Both the position numbers and the translations under genes were made by a program. Below, in pieces: positions 12,401 to 21,238 of a stretch of DNA of 62,323 nucleotides. Under the pieces are notes generated by a model. It saw only the letters and a program-made list of their open reading frames with translations. It was not told the DNA's origin and made no database searches. This stretch comes from a virus. Taxonomy: Duplodnaviria > Caudoviricetes. Within the stretch, counting starts at the first letter, position 1. Each line of letters starts with the position of its first letter. Location of the stretch: the IMG/VR virus record IMGVR_UViG_3300043442_000825, positions 1-62,323 of that record, one strand, 5' to 3'.

Positions 12401-15400
12401 GATATAACTACAGCATCATCATACAGCACTTTTGATTATAACTATGAAATACCGGTAGTTGATAATTATCGTGTAACAGATTTAATTGATATTAGACCAA
12501 GAGTTAAAGACTACTCTGTTTCTGAGGGAAGTCGCTCTCCATTAGAATTTTATGGAAGAAATTTTGATTCTACTGGAAATTCATCAACAAGCACTCTTTC
12601 ATCTGATGAAGAGTTAATTACTACATTTTCATTCTACTTAGGAAGAATTGATAGAATTTATCTAACAAAAGATGGGAAATTGCAAGTTAAATATGGAACT
12701 CCTGCAGAAAATCCAGAAAAACCAGTTTCTGTTGATGATGCATTAGAAATTGGAATAGTATCATTACCACCATATCTTTATTCGCCATCACAAGCTTCTA
12801 TAGAATTTTTAGAGCATAAAAGATATAGAATGGTTGATATTAAACAACTTGAGAACAGAATTAAAAATTTAGAGTATTACACAACATTATCTCTTTTAGA
12901 AACAAATACAGCAAACCTATTTGTTCCCGATTCTGATGGATTGAATAGATTTAAGTCCGGATTTTTTGTTGATAACTTCTCATCATTTTTACCACAAGAA
13001 TCTAGATTAGATGTAAAAAATAGTGTAGACCTTCAAACTAAAGAACTGAGACCAAGACATTATACAACTGCAATTGATTTGATAGAAGGTCCAGTTGTTG
13101 GTTTAGATCCAACAACAGATCTTGCATTTGAACCTGTAGAAGGAATTAATGTTAGAAAAAATAATGATATCTTAACACTCGATTATTCTGAAGTTGAATG
13201 GTTAAAGCAATCTTTTGCAACTAGATCGGAAAGTGTGACACCATTTCTAATTAGTTTCTGGCAGGGAACAGTAGAGTTAACACCAGCATCAGATACTTGG
13301 ATTGATACAACAAGACTTGAAGCAAAGATTATCAATACTGAAGGAAACTACGCAGAAACACTTGCAAATGCAGCAAGAACTTTAAATGTTGATCCACAAA
13401 CTGGATTTGCTCCAACTATTTGGAACGCTTGGGTTACTAATTGGACTGGTCAATCTGTTGTTAATACTACAGCAATTAGAAGAACAACTAATGAGTCCTC
13501 CACATCATGGTGGGGGAGAGCGTTATGGGGAACAGTCACAGATTCAACGATTGAAGATACATTCAGAGAAGTTAGAGATACTGGAGTTCAAACAAGAAAT
13601 GGTGTTAGAACTGTAGTTACTGAGCAGTTTGATAGAACTTCAGTTGGAGACAGAGTTGTTCGTAGAGATCTTGTTCCATACATGAGATCTAGAAACGTAC
13701 AATTTGTATCTAAAAAAGTAAAACCTCTAACACAACTATATGCATTTTTTGATGGAGTTAATGTAACAAAGTATTGTGTTCCGAAGTTACTAGAAATTTC
13801 AATGCTATCTGGTTCTTTCCAAGTTGGAGAGACCGTAGTTGGATATGTACAACAAACTGGATTGGGACAAGGAACTGAAAACGTTTCTGCTAAAATAACA
13901 TTTAGAGTTGCACAAACAAATCATAAAGAAGGTCCATATAATGCTCCATCTTCGGTATACACCCAAAATCCATATAATTCACAGTCTTTATCTGCATCAT
14001 ATTCATCAACATCAACGATATTAAATGTCGACACATTTTCATTATCAAATGCAACTCAAGGTGAGTATAGTGGATGGGTAGAATCTGGTATGTTGCTTGT
14101 TGGTAGAACCAGTCAAGCACAGGCATCAATTACAAATGTACGTTTGATATCCGATTTGTCTGCAACTTTAATAGGTAGTTTTTATATCCCAAATCCAAAT
14201 TTAAATATTCATCCTAGATTTGAAGCTGGAACTAAAGTATTCACTTTAGTTAATGACACCGCAAATAACCAGGATGTTGCATCAACAATTGCTGAAGAGT
14301 CTTTCACTTCAAGTGGAACTTTAGAAACTGTACAAGAAAATATTATTTCTGTTAGAAATGCTAGAGTTGAAAATAAGCAAGTATTTGAAGAAAGAGCAGT
14401 TTCCAGAACAACCGGAAGTCAACTGGTCAGTAGTAGAGTTATTGCACAAACTCAAAGACAAGGTATTGTCGGTTGGTATGATCCATTAGCACAATCATTC
14501 TTAGTCGACAACGAAACTGGTGTATTTTTAACAAGTTGTGATGTGTTTTTTAGAACAAAAGATGATACCGATATACCAGTAACTTTCCAATTAAGAACCA
14601 TGCAAGGTGGTTTCCCAACACAAAACGTGATACCTTTATCAGAAATTGTTTTGGAACCATCCGAAATTAATACTTCTGGGGATGGAAGTGTTGCAACAAA
14701 TATTCAATTTAAAGCACCAATTTACTTAGAAGGTGGTAAAGAGTATTGTATCTGTTTAGCATCTAATTCAACTAAGTATAGTGTTTATATTTCCAGAATA
14801 GGTGAAAACGATATAATTAGTCAAACATTTATTTCCAATCAACCATACTTAGGTTCATTGTTCAAGTCACAAAATGCATCTACTTGGGAAGCAAGTCAAT
14901 GGGAAGATTTGAAATTTACCCTATACAGAGCTGATTTTATTGATAGTGGATCTGTCGAATTTTACAACCCAAACCTAACAGAAGGAAATGGTCAAGTTGC
15001 TAAACTATTACCAAATTCTTTAGGATTTAATTCTAAGAGGGTAAGAGTAAGTCTTGCATCGACTATAAACGATCCTAATTTAAAACTTGGTTATACAATT
15101 ACTCAAGTTGGAACAGGTGCTACAGGAAATTATGTTGGTAGTGCAGGAATTGCTACTGGCAATTTAACTATTACCAATCCAGGAATTGGATATACTCCAT
15201 CATCAGGTCAATTAGTATACAATAACGTGATTCTCTCGAGAATCACTGGAAATGGATCTGGAGCTTTAGCAAATGTAACCATTAATAATGGAGTTGCTAT
15301 TGCAGCAACAATTGTCAGTGGAGGAAATGGATATAAAACTGGCGATGTTGTAGGAATAACAACGTTGGGATCAGTATCTGTTGGTAGAGATGTTAAATTT

Positions 15401-16921
15401 ACAATAGTTTCTATTGCAAATACAAATCAACTTATAATTGATAATGTTCAAGGAGATTTTGCAGTTGGATCTGCAAATACTATTAGATATGTAACTAGTT
15501 CTGGAATAACAACTCTCACATCTACTATTGGTGCTGGTGTTACTATTGGTGTTACTCTCAGTGAGGTTATCACAGAAAGCGATGGTTTACATATTAAAGT
15601 AAATCATAAAAATCACGGAATGTATGCAGACAATAATTTTGTTGTACTTTCTGATGTGGAATCTGATATTAAACCAACAAAATTATCAGTTGCATATGCA
15701 TCAGATTCTATAGGTCCAATTTCCGTTGATGATGCTAGTGAGTTTTCAATTTTTGAGGGAGTTGGAGTTGGAACTACAAATCCAGGATATTTGAAGATTG
15801 GTAATGAAATTATTGAATATACTTCAGTTTCGGGTAATGTAATTGGTGGTGACATTATAAGAGGATCAAATCCAGTTTCATATCCTTTAGGTTCTCAAGT
15901 TTACAAATATGAAAGTAATGGAGTTTCTCTAAGAAGAATCAATAAAACCCACAATCTTAATGATGCAGATATTGATAATGTAGTAGGTTTTGATCATTAT
16001 CACATAAAACTGGATATGTCTACTGATGGAATAGATAGATCTTCTGGAACTGGATACAAAAAACTATATCAAAATCAAACAAAGTCCAGTGGCGGTTATT
16101 CTATCAAGGCATCTCAAAATATTCCGTTTGAAATTATTACACCAATAATTCAAAATGTTACTGTTCAGGGTACTGCACTTAGTGCAGAAGTTAGAACAGT
16201 TACTGGAACAAGTATTAGTGGAACAGAAATTCCATTTACAGATGCCGGATTTGAAACTATCTCAATAAACAATCCAAATTATCTACCATCACCAAGATTA
16301 ATTTGTTCTGAAGTAAATGAAATTGCAAATCTTACAAATGTTCCAGAAAATAAATCTTTAAATATGAGATTAAGACTGGAAACAACAAATTCTTACTTAT
16401 CTCCTGTTGTTGATATTCAAAGGGTAAGCACTATTTTAACAACAAATAGAGTTAACAGTGTGATTACAGATTATGCAACAGATGGTAGAGTAAATTCAAT
16501 CCTGGAGGATCCAACGGCATTCCAATATATTTCTAAAGAAATTTCTTTAGAAACTCCAGCAACTTCTATTAAAATTATTCTAAATGCATACGTAAATTCT
16601 TACTGCGATCTAAGAGGTTTCTATTCAATTAGCGAAAATCCAGGTTTTGATCCAATATTCACACCATTCCCTGGATATGACAATCTAGATACAAAATCTC
16701 AAATAATTTCTTTTGAAGATAGTAATGGAAAATCAGATTCTTATGTAACACCATCTTCGGCATTAGAATTTAATTCTGAACTACTTGATTTTAAAGAATA
16801 TACATTTACTGCGGACAACTTACCATCATTCAGAAATTATAGAATTAAACTTGTTGCAACATCAACAAATCAAGTCTATGTTCCAAGAATTAAAGATTTG
16901 AGAGTTATTGCTCTGGCATGA
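9470..16921 (+). CDS. Large virion structural protein (VrlC/DUF4815-like)
   Basis: N-terminal NLNVAPYFDDF...VLFKPGYPVQARELTTLQSILQNQIERFG, then DPLAQSF and GSLFKSQNASTW motifs; position between gp8 and gp13. Confidence 0.8.
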   Translation: MAQQTNLNVAPYFDDFNPNNDYHRVLFKPGYPVQARELTTLQSILQNQIERFGQHFFKEGAKVIPGNTGYNALYYAIQIQNSYLGVPVAAYVDQLVGSKITGRTSGVTAVVDKVLLPQDSERGNLTLYVNYLSSNTQNNSTQQFSDGELLVSNITISSGLLGNTTIPSGEPFAVTLDTNAASVGSCFNISEGVYFIRGNFVNVNTETLILDQYSNTPNYRVGLFISEEIVTSDTDEALTDNSQGNNNYGAPGADRLKISTFLFKKSLTDFDDNNFVELATIENGVIRSKQNTTTYSLITDELARRTYAESGDYVVSPFDISVKESLNNRKGNRGVFERGQFTYGGATPSDNLALYQISPGKAFVRGYEVDLVSTSFLDVEKPRTTKTLTNQSLIYNTGPTLRLNRVYGAPQVGLGNTFVLSLRDERVGVNTASAAGKEIGLARVYDFKLESGAYNASNKNLNEWHVSLYDVQTFTEITLNNTTSLTTPTYVKGSNSGSSAFLKDPVTVGAALTLYDVKGSFIPNESLLFNGVESGLIGVAVTSYGIPNVKSVYGLVSAGSTFNADTIQTPSLNIGIATISSSSSGVSTIRSLSSLLPGNIKVNDIVQYTDTSRSVDPIYAKVTGIGTTSIAVTGVTTVTGVANGTLPSSTLSVTDLKVLKTNLESSLDNTLYTKLPKNNISNVEITNTVLSIRKRFTVNISGNQLSANVTAGANETFAQFTPERYSLVRSDGTYETLTSDRFAFIAGGTQLQIYNLGSNDTGATLTATLDKINPKSKVKRKNRVKSILVDASKYEASGIGATTFNDGLTYGNYPYGTRVQDEIISLNSPDIIEIQGIYESADTSDPSPPKVVLASITSPSSSTSELIIGEEIVGQTSGAIAIVAEKLTASQISFIYKNQNTFNEGETLLFRESAIQAQVVTLDTPSFDISFNYTFNNGQSGTHYGHGHITRKSDVFEPVRKIKIYFTTGYYESTDDGDITTASSYSTFDYNYEIPVVDNYRVTDLIDIRPRVKDYSVSEGSRSPLEFYGRNFDSTGNSSTSTLSSDEELITTFSFYLGRIDRIYLTKDGKLQVKYGTPAENPEKPVSVDDALEIGIVSLPPYLYSPSQASIEFLEHKRYRMVDIKQLENRIKNLEYYTTLSLLETNTANLFVPDSDGLNRFKSGFFVDNFSSFLPQESRLDVKNSVDLQTKELRPRHYTTAIDLIEGPVVGLDPTTDLAFEPVEGINVRKNNDILTLDYSEVEWLKQSFATRSESVTPFLISFWQGTVELTPASDTWIDTTRLEAKIINTEGNYAETLANAARTLNVDPQTGFAPTIWNAWVTNWTGQSVVNTTAIRRTTNESSTSWWGRALWGTVTDSTIEDTFREVRDTGVQTRNGVRTVVTEQFDRTSVGDRVVRRDLVPYMRSRNVQFVSKKVKPLTQLYAFFDGVNVTKYCVPKLLEISMLSGSFQVGETVVGYVQQTGLGQGTENVSAKITFRVAQTNHKEGPYNAPSSVYTQNPYNSQSLSASYSSTSTILNVDTFSLSNATQGEYSGWVESGMLLVGRTSQAQASITNVRLISDLSATLIGSFYIPNPNLNIHPRFEAGTKVFTLVNDTANNQDVASTIAEESFTSSGTLETVQENIISVRNARVENKQVFEERAVSRTTGSQLVSSRVIAQTQRQGIVGWYDPLAQSFLVDNETGVFLTSCDVFFRTKDDTDIPVTFQLRTMQGGFPTQNVIPLSEIVLEPSEINTSGDGSVATNIQFKAPIYLEGGKEYCICLASNSTKYSVYISRIGENDIISQTFISNQPYLGSLFKSQNASTWEASQWEDLKFTLYRADFIDSGSVEFYNPNLTEGNGQVAKLLPNSLGFNSKRVRVSLASTINDPNLKLGYTITQVGTGATGNYVGSAGIATGNLTITNPGIGYTPSSGQLVYNNVILSRITGNGSGALANVTINNGVAIAATIVSGGNGYKTGDVVGITTLGSVSVGRDVKFTIVSIANTNQLIIDNVQGDFAVGSANTIRYVTSSGITTLTSTIGAGVTIGVTLSEVITESDGLHIKVNHKNHGMYADNNFVVLSDVESDIKPTKLSVAYASDSIGPISVDDASEFSIFEGVGVGTTNPGYLKIGNEIIEYTSVSGNVIGGDIIRGSNPVSYPLGSQVYKYESNGVSLRRINKTHNLNDADIDNVVGFDHYHIKLDMSTDGIDRSSGTGYKKLYQNQTKSSGGYSIKASQNIPFEIITPIIQNVTVQGTALSAEVRTVTGTSISGTEIPFTDAGFETISINNPNYLPSPRLICSEVNEIANLTNVPENKSLNMRLRLETTNSYLSPVVDIQRVSTILTTNRVNSVITDYATDGRVNSILEDPTAFQYISKEISLETPATSIKIILNAYVNSYCDLRGFYSISENPGFDPIFTPFPGYDNLDTKSQIISFEDSNGKSDSYVTPSSALEFNSELLDFKEYTFTADNLPSFRNYRIKLVATSTNQVYVPRIKDLRVIALA

Positions 16922-16922
16922 T

Positions 16923-17150
16923 ATGGATTTCATGAAAGTAACTGGTCACGATAATTTAGTTCGTGATCCAAAAACAAACTCAATAATTAACACAAACATG
17001 TCAGAATATCAAGAATATGTTTCAAGAAAAAAAATGAAAGGTGAGGAGCATCAAAAAATACAAAATTTGGAAAGTGATGTTGCTAATATAAAGGATGATT
17101 TGAATGAAATTAAATTTTTACTTAGGAGTCTTATAAATGAATCCAAATGA
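16923..17150 (+). CDS. Small coiled-coil hypothetical protein
   Basis: ATG immediately after the upstream stop (the track's TTG start at 16908 is less likely). LVRDPKTNSIIN motif followed by a heptad C-terminus. Confidence 0.7.
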   Translation: MDFMKVTGHDNLVRDPKTNSIINTNMSEYQEYVSRKKMKGEEHQKIQNLESDVANIKDDLNEIKFLLRSLINESK

Positions 17151-17313
17151 TATTGAGTTAGAAAATCTAACCAAAAATTTTGAATATGTTAAAGCATGTA
17201 TGGAAATAGATGCTATAGATGATATTGAAGACCTTAGAAATATATCTAAAGCATATATGAAACTTTATATGAAGCAGCAAGAAGTTCTTTCTACAATGTT
17301 AAGTAAAACCTAA
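17137..17313 (+). CDS. 58-aa helical protein, NblA-like (not in ORF track)
   Basis: MNPNDIELENLTKNFEYVKACMEIDAIDDIEDLRNISKAYMKLYMKQQEVLSTMLSKT. AGGAG lies upstream and the ORF fills the gap before gp13. The NblA resemblance is by eye only. Confidence 0.6.
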   Translation: MNPNDIELENLTKNFEYVKACMEIDAIDDIEDLRNISKAYMKLYMKQQEVLSTMLSKT

Positions 17314-17334
17314 ATATTTTGAGAGGAAACAAAA

Positions 17335-18183
17335 ATGGCGCAACCAGCATCTAGACAAGAATTAATAGATTACTGCAAGAGAAAACTTGGTGCGCCAGTA
17401 TTGGAAATTAATGTTGCGGAAGAACAAGTAGATGATTTAGTTGATGACGCTATTCAATTTTTCCAAGAAAGACATTTTGATGGAGTTGGGCAAGTATTTT
17501 TAAAATATCAAATAACACAAGATGATATTAATAGGGGGCAAGCACCTAATGGAAAATCCCCAACTGCAGGAATAGCATCAACATCAGCAACAGCAAATAT
17601 TGTAGGCACAGCAACTACATTCACATATAAAGAAAATAGCAACTATTTACAAATACCACCATCAGTAATTGGTGTAACTAAAATATATCATTTTGACGGC
17701 ACTAATACAACTACAAATAACATGTTTAGTGTTAAATATCAGTTATTCCTCAACGACATTTATTATTGGGGATCAACTGAAATTTTAACTTATGCAATGA
17801 CAAAGACTTACCTTGAAGATATAGAATTTCTTTTAACTACACAAAAACAAATTAGATTTAATAAAAGACAAGATAGGTTATATTTGGACATAGATTGGGG
17901 AAGTGTGTCTGTTGGTGATTATATTATTATTGATTGTTATAGAACTTTAGATCCAAATGATTATTCTAGAGTTTGGAACGATTCATTTTTAAAGATGTAT
18001 TTAACTTCGCTGATTAAAAAACAGTGGGGACAAAATTTAATTAAGTTTCAGGGAGTAAAACTCCCAGGTGGAGTTGAACTTAATGGTAGACAAATATATG
18101 ATGATGCACAAAGAGAAATTGACGTTATTATGGAAAAAATGTCAAATACATATGAACTTCCACCACTAGATATGATCGGATAA
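17335..18183 (+). CDS. gp13: Neck protein gp13
   Basis: LIDYCKRKLGAPVLEINV and QWGQNLIKFQGVKLPGGVELNG motifs. Confidence 0.92.
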   Translation: MAQPASRQELIDYCKRKLGAPVLEINVAEEQVDDLVDDAIQFFQERHFDGVGQVFLKYQITQDDINRGQAPNGKSPTAGIASTSATANIVGTATTFTYKENSNYLQIPPSVIGVTKIYHFDGTNTTTNNMFSVKYQLFLNDIYYWGSTEILTYAMTKTYLEDIEFLLTTQKQIRFNKRQDRLYLDIDWGSVSVGDYIIIDCYRTLDPNDYSRVWNDSFLKMYLTSLIKKQWGQNLIKFQGVKLPGGVELNGRQIYDDAQREIDVIMEKMSNTYELPPLDMIG

Positions 18184-18188
18184 TTCAA

Positions 18189-19619
18189 ATGTTAAATCCA
18201 TTTTTTCAACAAGGATCATCAACAGAACAAAGTCTCATACAAGACTTAATCAACGAACAGTTGAGAATGTATGGAGTTGAAGTGCATTATTTACCAAGAA
18301 AGTATATAACGGAAAAAAGTGTTATAAGAGAAGTCATTGAATCAAAATTTGATGATGCTTATCCAATAGAAGCATATGTTCAAAATTATGAAGGATATGC
18401 GGATAATACTACCATACTTTCAAAATTTGGAATTCAAGCAACAAATGAGATTTCATTAATTATTTCAAGAGAACGTTTTGAGCTTTATATTGCACCACTA
18501 ATAAAGGATAAACCAAATATAAAATTATCATCTAGACCAAAAGAAGGTGATTTAATTTATTTTCCACTCGGAGATAGATTATTTGAAGTAAAATTTGTTG
18601 AACATGAAAAACCTTTTTATCAACTCCAAAAAAATTACGTGTATGAATTAAGATGTGAACTATTTCGTTACGAAGATGAAATTATTAATACTAGTATTGA
18701 TGAAATTGATGATACTTTAAGTCAATTAAGTTCTGCAGACGGTGAAGAAATTTTTATTGGAAGAACACAAACATTAACACTGGTTGGAGTTGGATCTACA
18801 GCAACTGCTACAGCATCTATAGTAAATGGTGGTATAAGACAAATATTTGTAACTAACAGAGGAGGTGGATATACTAGCACTCCAACAGTTGCAATATCCT
18901 CTGCACCAGCTGGAGGTGTAACTGGAATTGCAACAGCAATAATGATAGGAGGAGTTGTTGCATGTAATGATAACGTTAACCCATCAGCAAAATCAGTTCA
19001 AGCAGTTCAAATTATCAATGCAGGTGCTGGATATACTGTAGTACCAGGAATTCGCTTCATTGGTGGGGGAGGAAGTGGAGCTGCTGCAACTGCATCTATA
19101 GGAAGTGGAATTATTGGGTTAATAAATCTAAGTTATAATGGATCTGGATATTCATCACCACCAAATATTACTTTTACAAATCAAATTTTCCAAAGCGGTG
19201 TTACTACAGTAGCAGCTGCTGCAACCGCAATTGTAAGTGCTGCAGGATCAATAACAGCAATTCGCATCACAAATGCTGGACTTGGTTACAGTGTAGCACC
19301 AACAATAGTAATATCATCTCCATATAGTAGTGGAATTGGAACATTCCAATTCAATGAAACAATCGTTGGAAGCACTAGTGGTGTAACTGCTAAGGTAAGA
19401 AAATGGAATGCCCCAACAAATCAATTAGAAGTTTCAAATATTGACGGAGCATTTATTCCCGGAGAAACAGTTGTTGGTACAGCATCAAGTGCATCTTATC
19501 AAATTAGATTTGTTGATACAAATATAAATGAAGATGGTTATACGGATAATGTGGAAATTGAAACTGAAGCAGATAGTATTTTAGATTTCAGTGAGTTCAA
19601 TCCTTTCGGAAATCCCTAA
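18189..19619 (+). CDS. gp14: Neck protein gp14 with inserted beta-repeat domain
   Basis: PKEGDLIYFP...FEVKFVEHEKPFYQL motif; C-terminal DFSEFNPFG. Confidence 0.9.
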   Translation: MLNPFFQQGSSTEQSLIQDLINEQLRMYGVEVHYLPRKYITEKSVIREVIESKFDDAYPIEAYVQNYEGYADNTTILSKFGIQATNEISLIISRERFELYIAPLIKDKPNIKLSSRPKEGDLIYFPLGDRLFEVKFVEHEKPFYQLQKNYVYELRCELFRYEDEIINTSIDEIDDTLSQLSSADGEEIFIGRTQTLTLVGVGSTATATASIVNGGIRQIFVTNRGGGYTSTPTVAISSAPAGGVTGIATAIMIGGVVACNDNVNPSAKSVQAVQIINAGAGYTVVPGIRFIGGGGSGAAATASIGSGIIGLINLSYNGSGYSSPPNITFTNQIFQSGVTTVAAAATAIVSAAGSITAIRITNAGLGYSVAPTIVISSPYSSGIGTFQFNETIVGSTSGVTAKVRKWNAPTNQLEVSNIDGAFIPGETVVGTASSASYQIRFVDTNINEDGYTDNVEIETEADSILDFSEFNPFGNP

Positions 19620-19663
19620 ATATAAATTAACAAGGATTAAAAAACCATAAACTGGGTAGACAA

Positions 19664-20665
19664 ATGTTTGAATATTTTTATCACGAAATCCTAAGAAGAA
19701 CTGTTATTGCATTTGGTACATTATTCAATAATATATCAATACAACACACTAATAGTTCTGGTCAGGTTACAAGCATATTAAAGGTTCCTCTTGCATATGG
19801 TCCTACTCAAAAATTTCTTGCAAGATTAGAGCAGTCCCCAGACTTAAACAAATCTACGGCAATAACTTTACCCAGAATGTCTTTTGAATTCACTGGGTTA
19901 GTTTATGATGCTTCTAGAAAAGTTACAACAACTCAAACTTTTACTACAAAAGATCCAACAAATGGATCTGAAACTAAAAAGGCATATATGCCAGTTCCAT
20001 ACAATATGCAATTTGAACTGAGCATTATGTCAAAATTAAATGATGACGCACTACAAATTGTGGAACAAATTTTACCATATTTTCAACCATCTTACAATTT
20101 GACGGTTGAATTGGTAGATTCAATTAATGAAAAAAGAGATATTCCCATTGTTCTCGAAAACATTACAATGCAGGATGATTATGAGGGAAATTTCACAACA
20201 AGAAGAGTTCTTTTATACACATTAAGATTTACCGCAAAAACTTATCTGTTTGGTCCTGTTTCTTCCGCTACCAAAGATATTGTCAAAAAAGTTACTCTCA
20301 ATTATCTTACTGGGGCTAGTAGAGATAATAATACGAGAGAAGTTATATATTCCGCAGAACCAAGAGCGATTAAAAATTACACTGGAACTGTTTTAACAAC
20401 ATTATCCAGTGATATATCAACAACGGATACAATAATTACAGTAAATGATGCATCAGCAATATCAGTAAACACATACCTTGATCTTGATGGTGAAGAAGTT
20501 TATGTGAGATTAAAGTCTGGTAACAATTTAACTGTAGATAGAGGAAGAGATGGCACTGCAATAACATCACATTTAACAGGTGCTGAGATTAAATCAATAA
20601 CAACCGCAGATAATGAACTTATACAAGAAGGTGATGATTTTGGTTTTAGTGGAACTATATCATGA
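19664..20665 (+). CDS. gp15: Tail sheath stabilizer/completion protein gp15
   Basis: FYHEILRRTVIAFGTLFNNI, VPLAYGP, LPRMSFE and QIVEQILPYFQP motifs. Confidence 0.92.
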   Translation: MFEYFYHEILRRTVIAFGTLFNNISIQHTNSSGQVTSILKVPLAYGPTQKFLARLEQSPDLNKSTAITLPRMSFEFTGLVYDASRKVTTTQTFTTKDPTNGSETKKAYMPVPYNMQFELSIMSKLNDDALQIVEQILPYFQPSYNLTVELVDSINEKRDIPIVLENITMQDDYEGNFTTRRVLLYTLRFTAKTYLFGPVSSATKDIVKKVTLNYLTGASRDNNTREVIYSAEPRAIKNYTGTVLTTLSSDISTTDTIITVNDASAISVNTYLDLDGEEVYVRLKSGNNLTVDRGRDGTAITSHLTGAEIKSITTADNELIQEGDDFGFSGTIS

Positions 20666-21096
20666 AGATGACTAAAAAATTCGATGATTTAAACAACACG
20701 TTCAACGTTGAAGGTGAAATAGTACCCGTAGAAAATACTGATGCTATAGAAAAAATAGAAAAAATATCATCGAGTATGGATGATATTAAAAAAGATTATG
20801 AGTATACAAGGGGAAATTTGTATTCAATTATTGAAAAGGGACAAGAAGCAATCAACGGAATTCTTGAACTTGCTCAAGAAAGTGAAATGCCAAGAGCATA
20901 TGAAGTAGCTGGGCAACTTATAAAAAATGTTGCCGATGCTACAGACAAATTAATGGATTTACAAAAAAAATTGAAAGAAGTTGAAGAAGAAAAACAATCA
21001 AAAGGACCAACAAACGTTACAAATGCTCTTTTCATAGGTTCTACCGCAGAATTATCAAAGATTCTCAAACAACAATCTAAAGATGAAAACGTTTAA
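20662..21096 (+). CDS. gp16: Terminase small subunit gp16
   Basis: DYEYTRGNL...PRAYEVAGQLIK...NALFIGSTAEL motif; synteny. Confidence 0.9.
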   Translation: MKMTKKFDDLNNTFNVEGEIVPVENTDAIEKIEKISSSMDDIKKDYEYTRGNLYSIIEKGQEAINGILELAQESEMPRAYEVAGQLIKNVADATDKLMDLQKKLKEVEEEKQSKGPTNVTNALFIGSTAELSKILKQQSKDENV

Positions 21097-21238
21097 ACAG
21101 TTTCAAGAAGAGTGGACTAATAAATATAAAAAGAGTATCGATTGTTCGAATCCAAAAGGATTTTCTCAGCGTGCCCATTGTGCCGCAAAAAGAAAAAGAG
21201 CAAGAGGTGAAGAAACTAAGTCTAAACCAGTTGAATGA
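21083..21238 (+). CDS. 51-aa basic protein with capsid-targeting-like N-terminus (not in ORF track)
   Basis: MKTFKQFQEEWTNKYKKSIDCSNPKGFSQRAHCAAKRKRARGEETKSKPVE. Overlaps the gp16 end and is coupled to the next ORF by ATGA. Confidence 0.7.
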   Translation: MKTFKQFQEEWTNKYKKSIDCSNPKGFSQRAHCAAKRKRARGEETKSKPVE

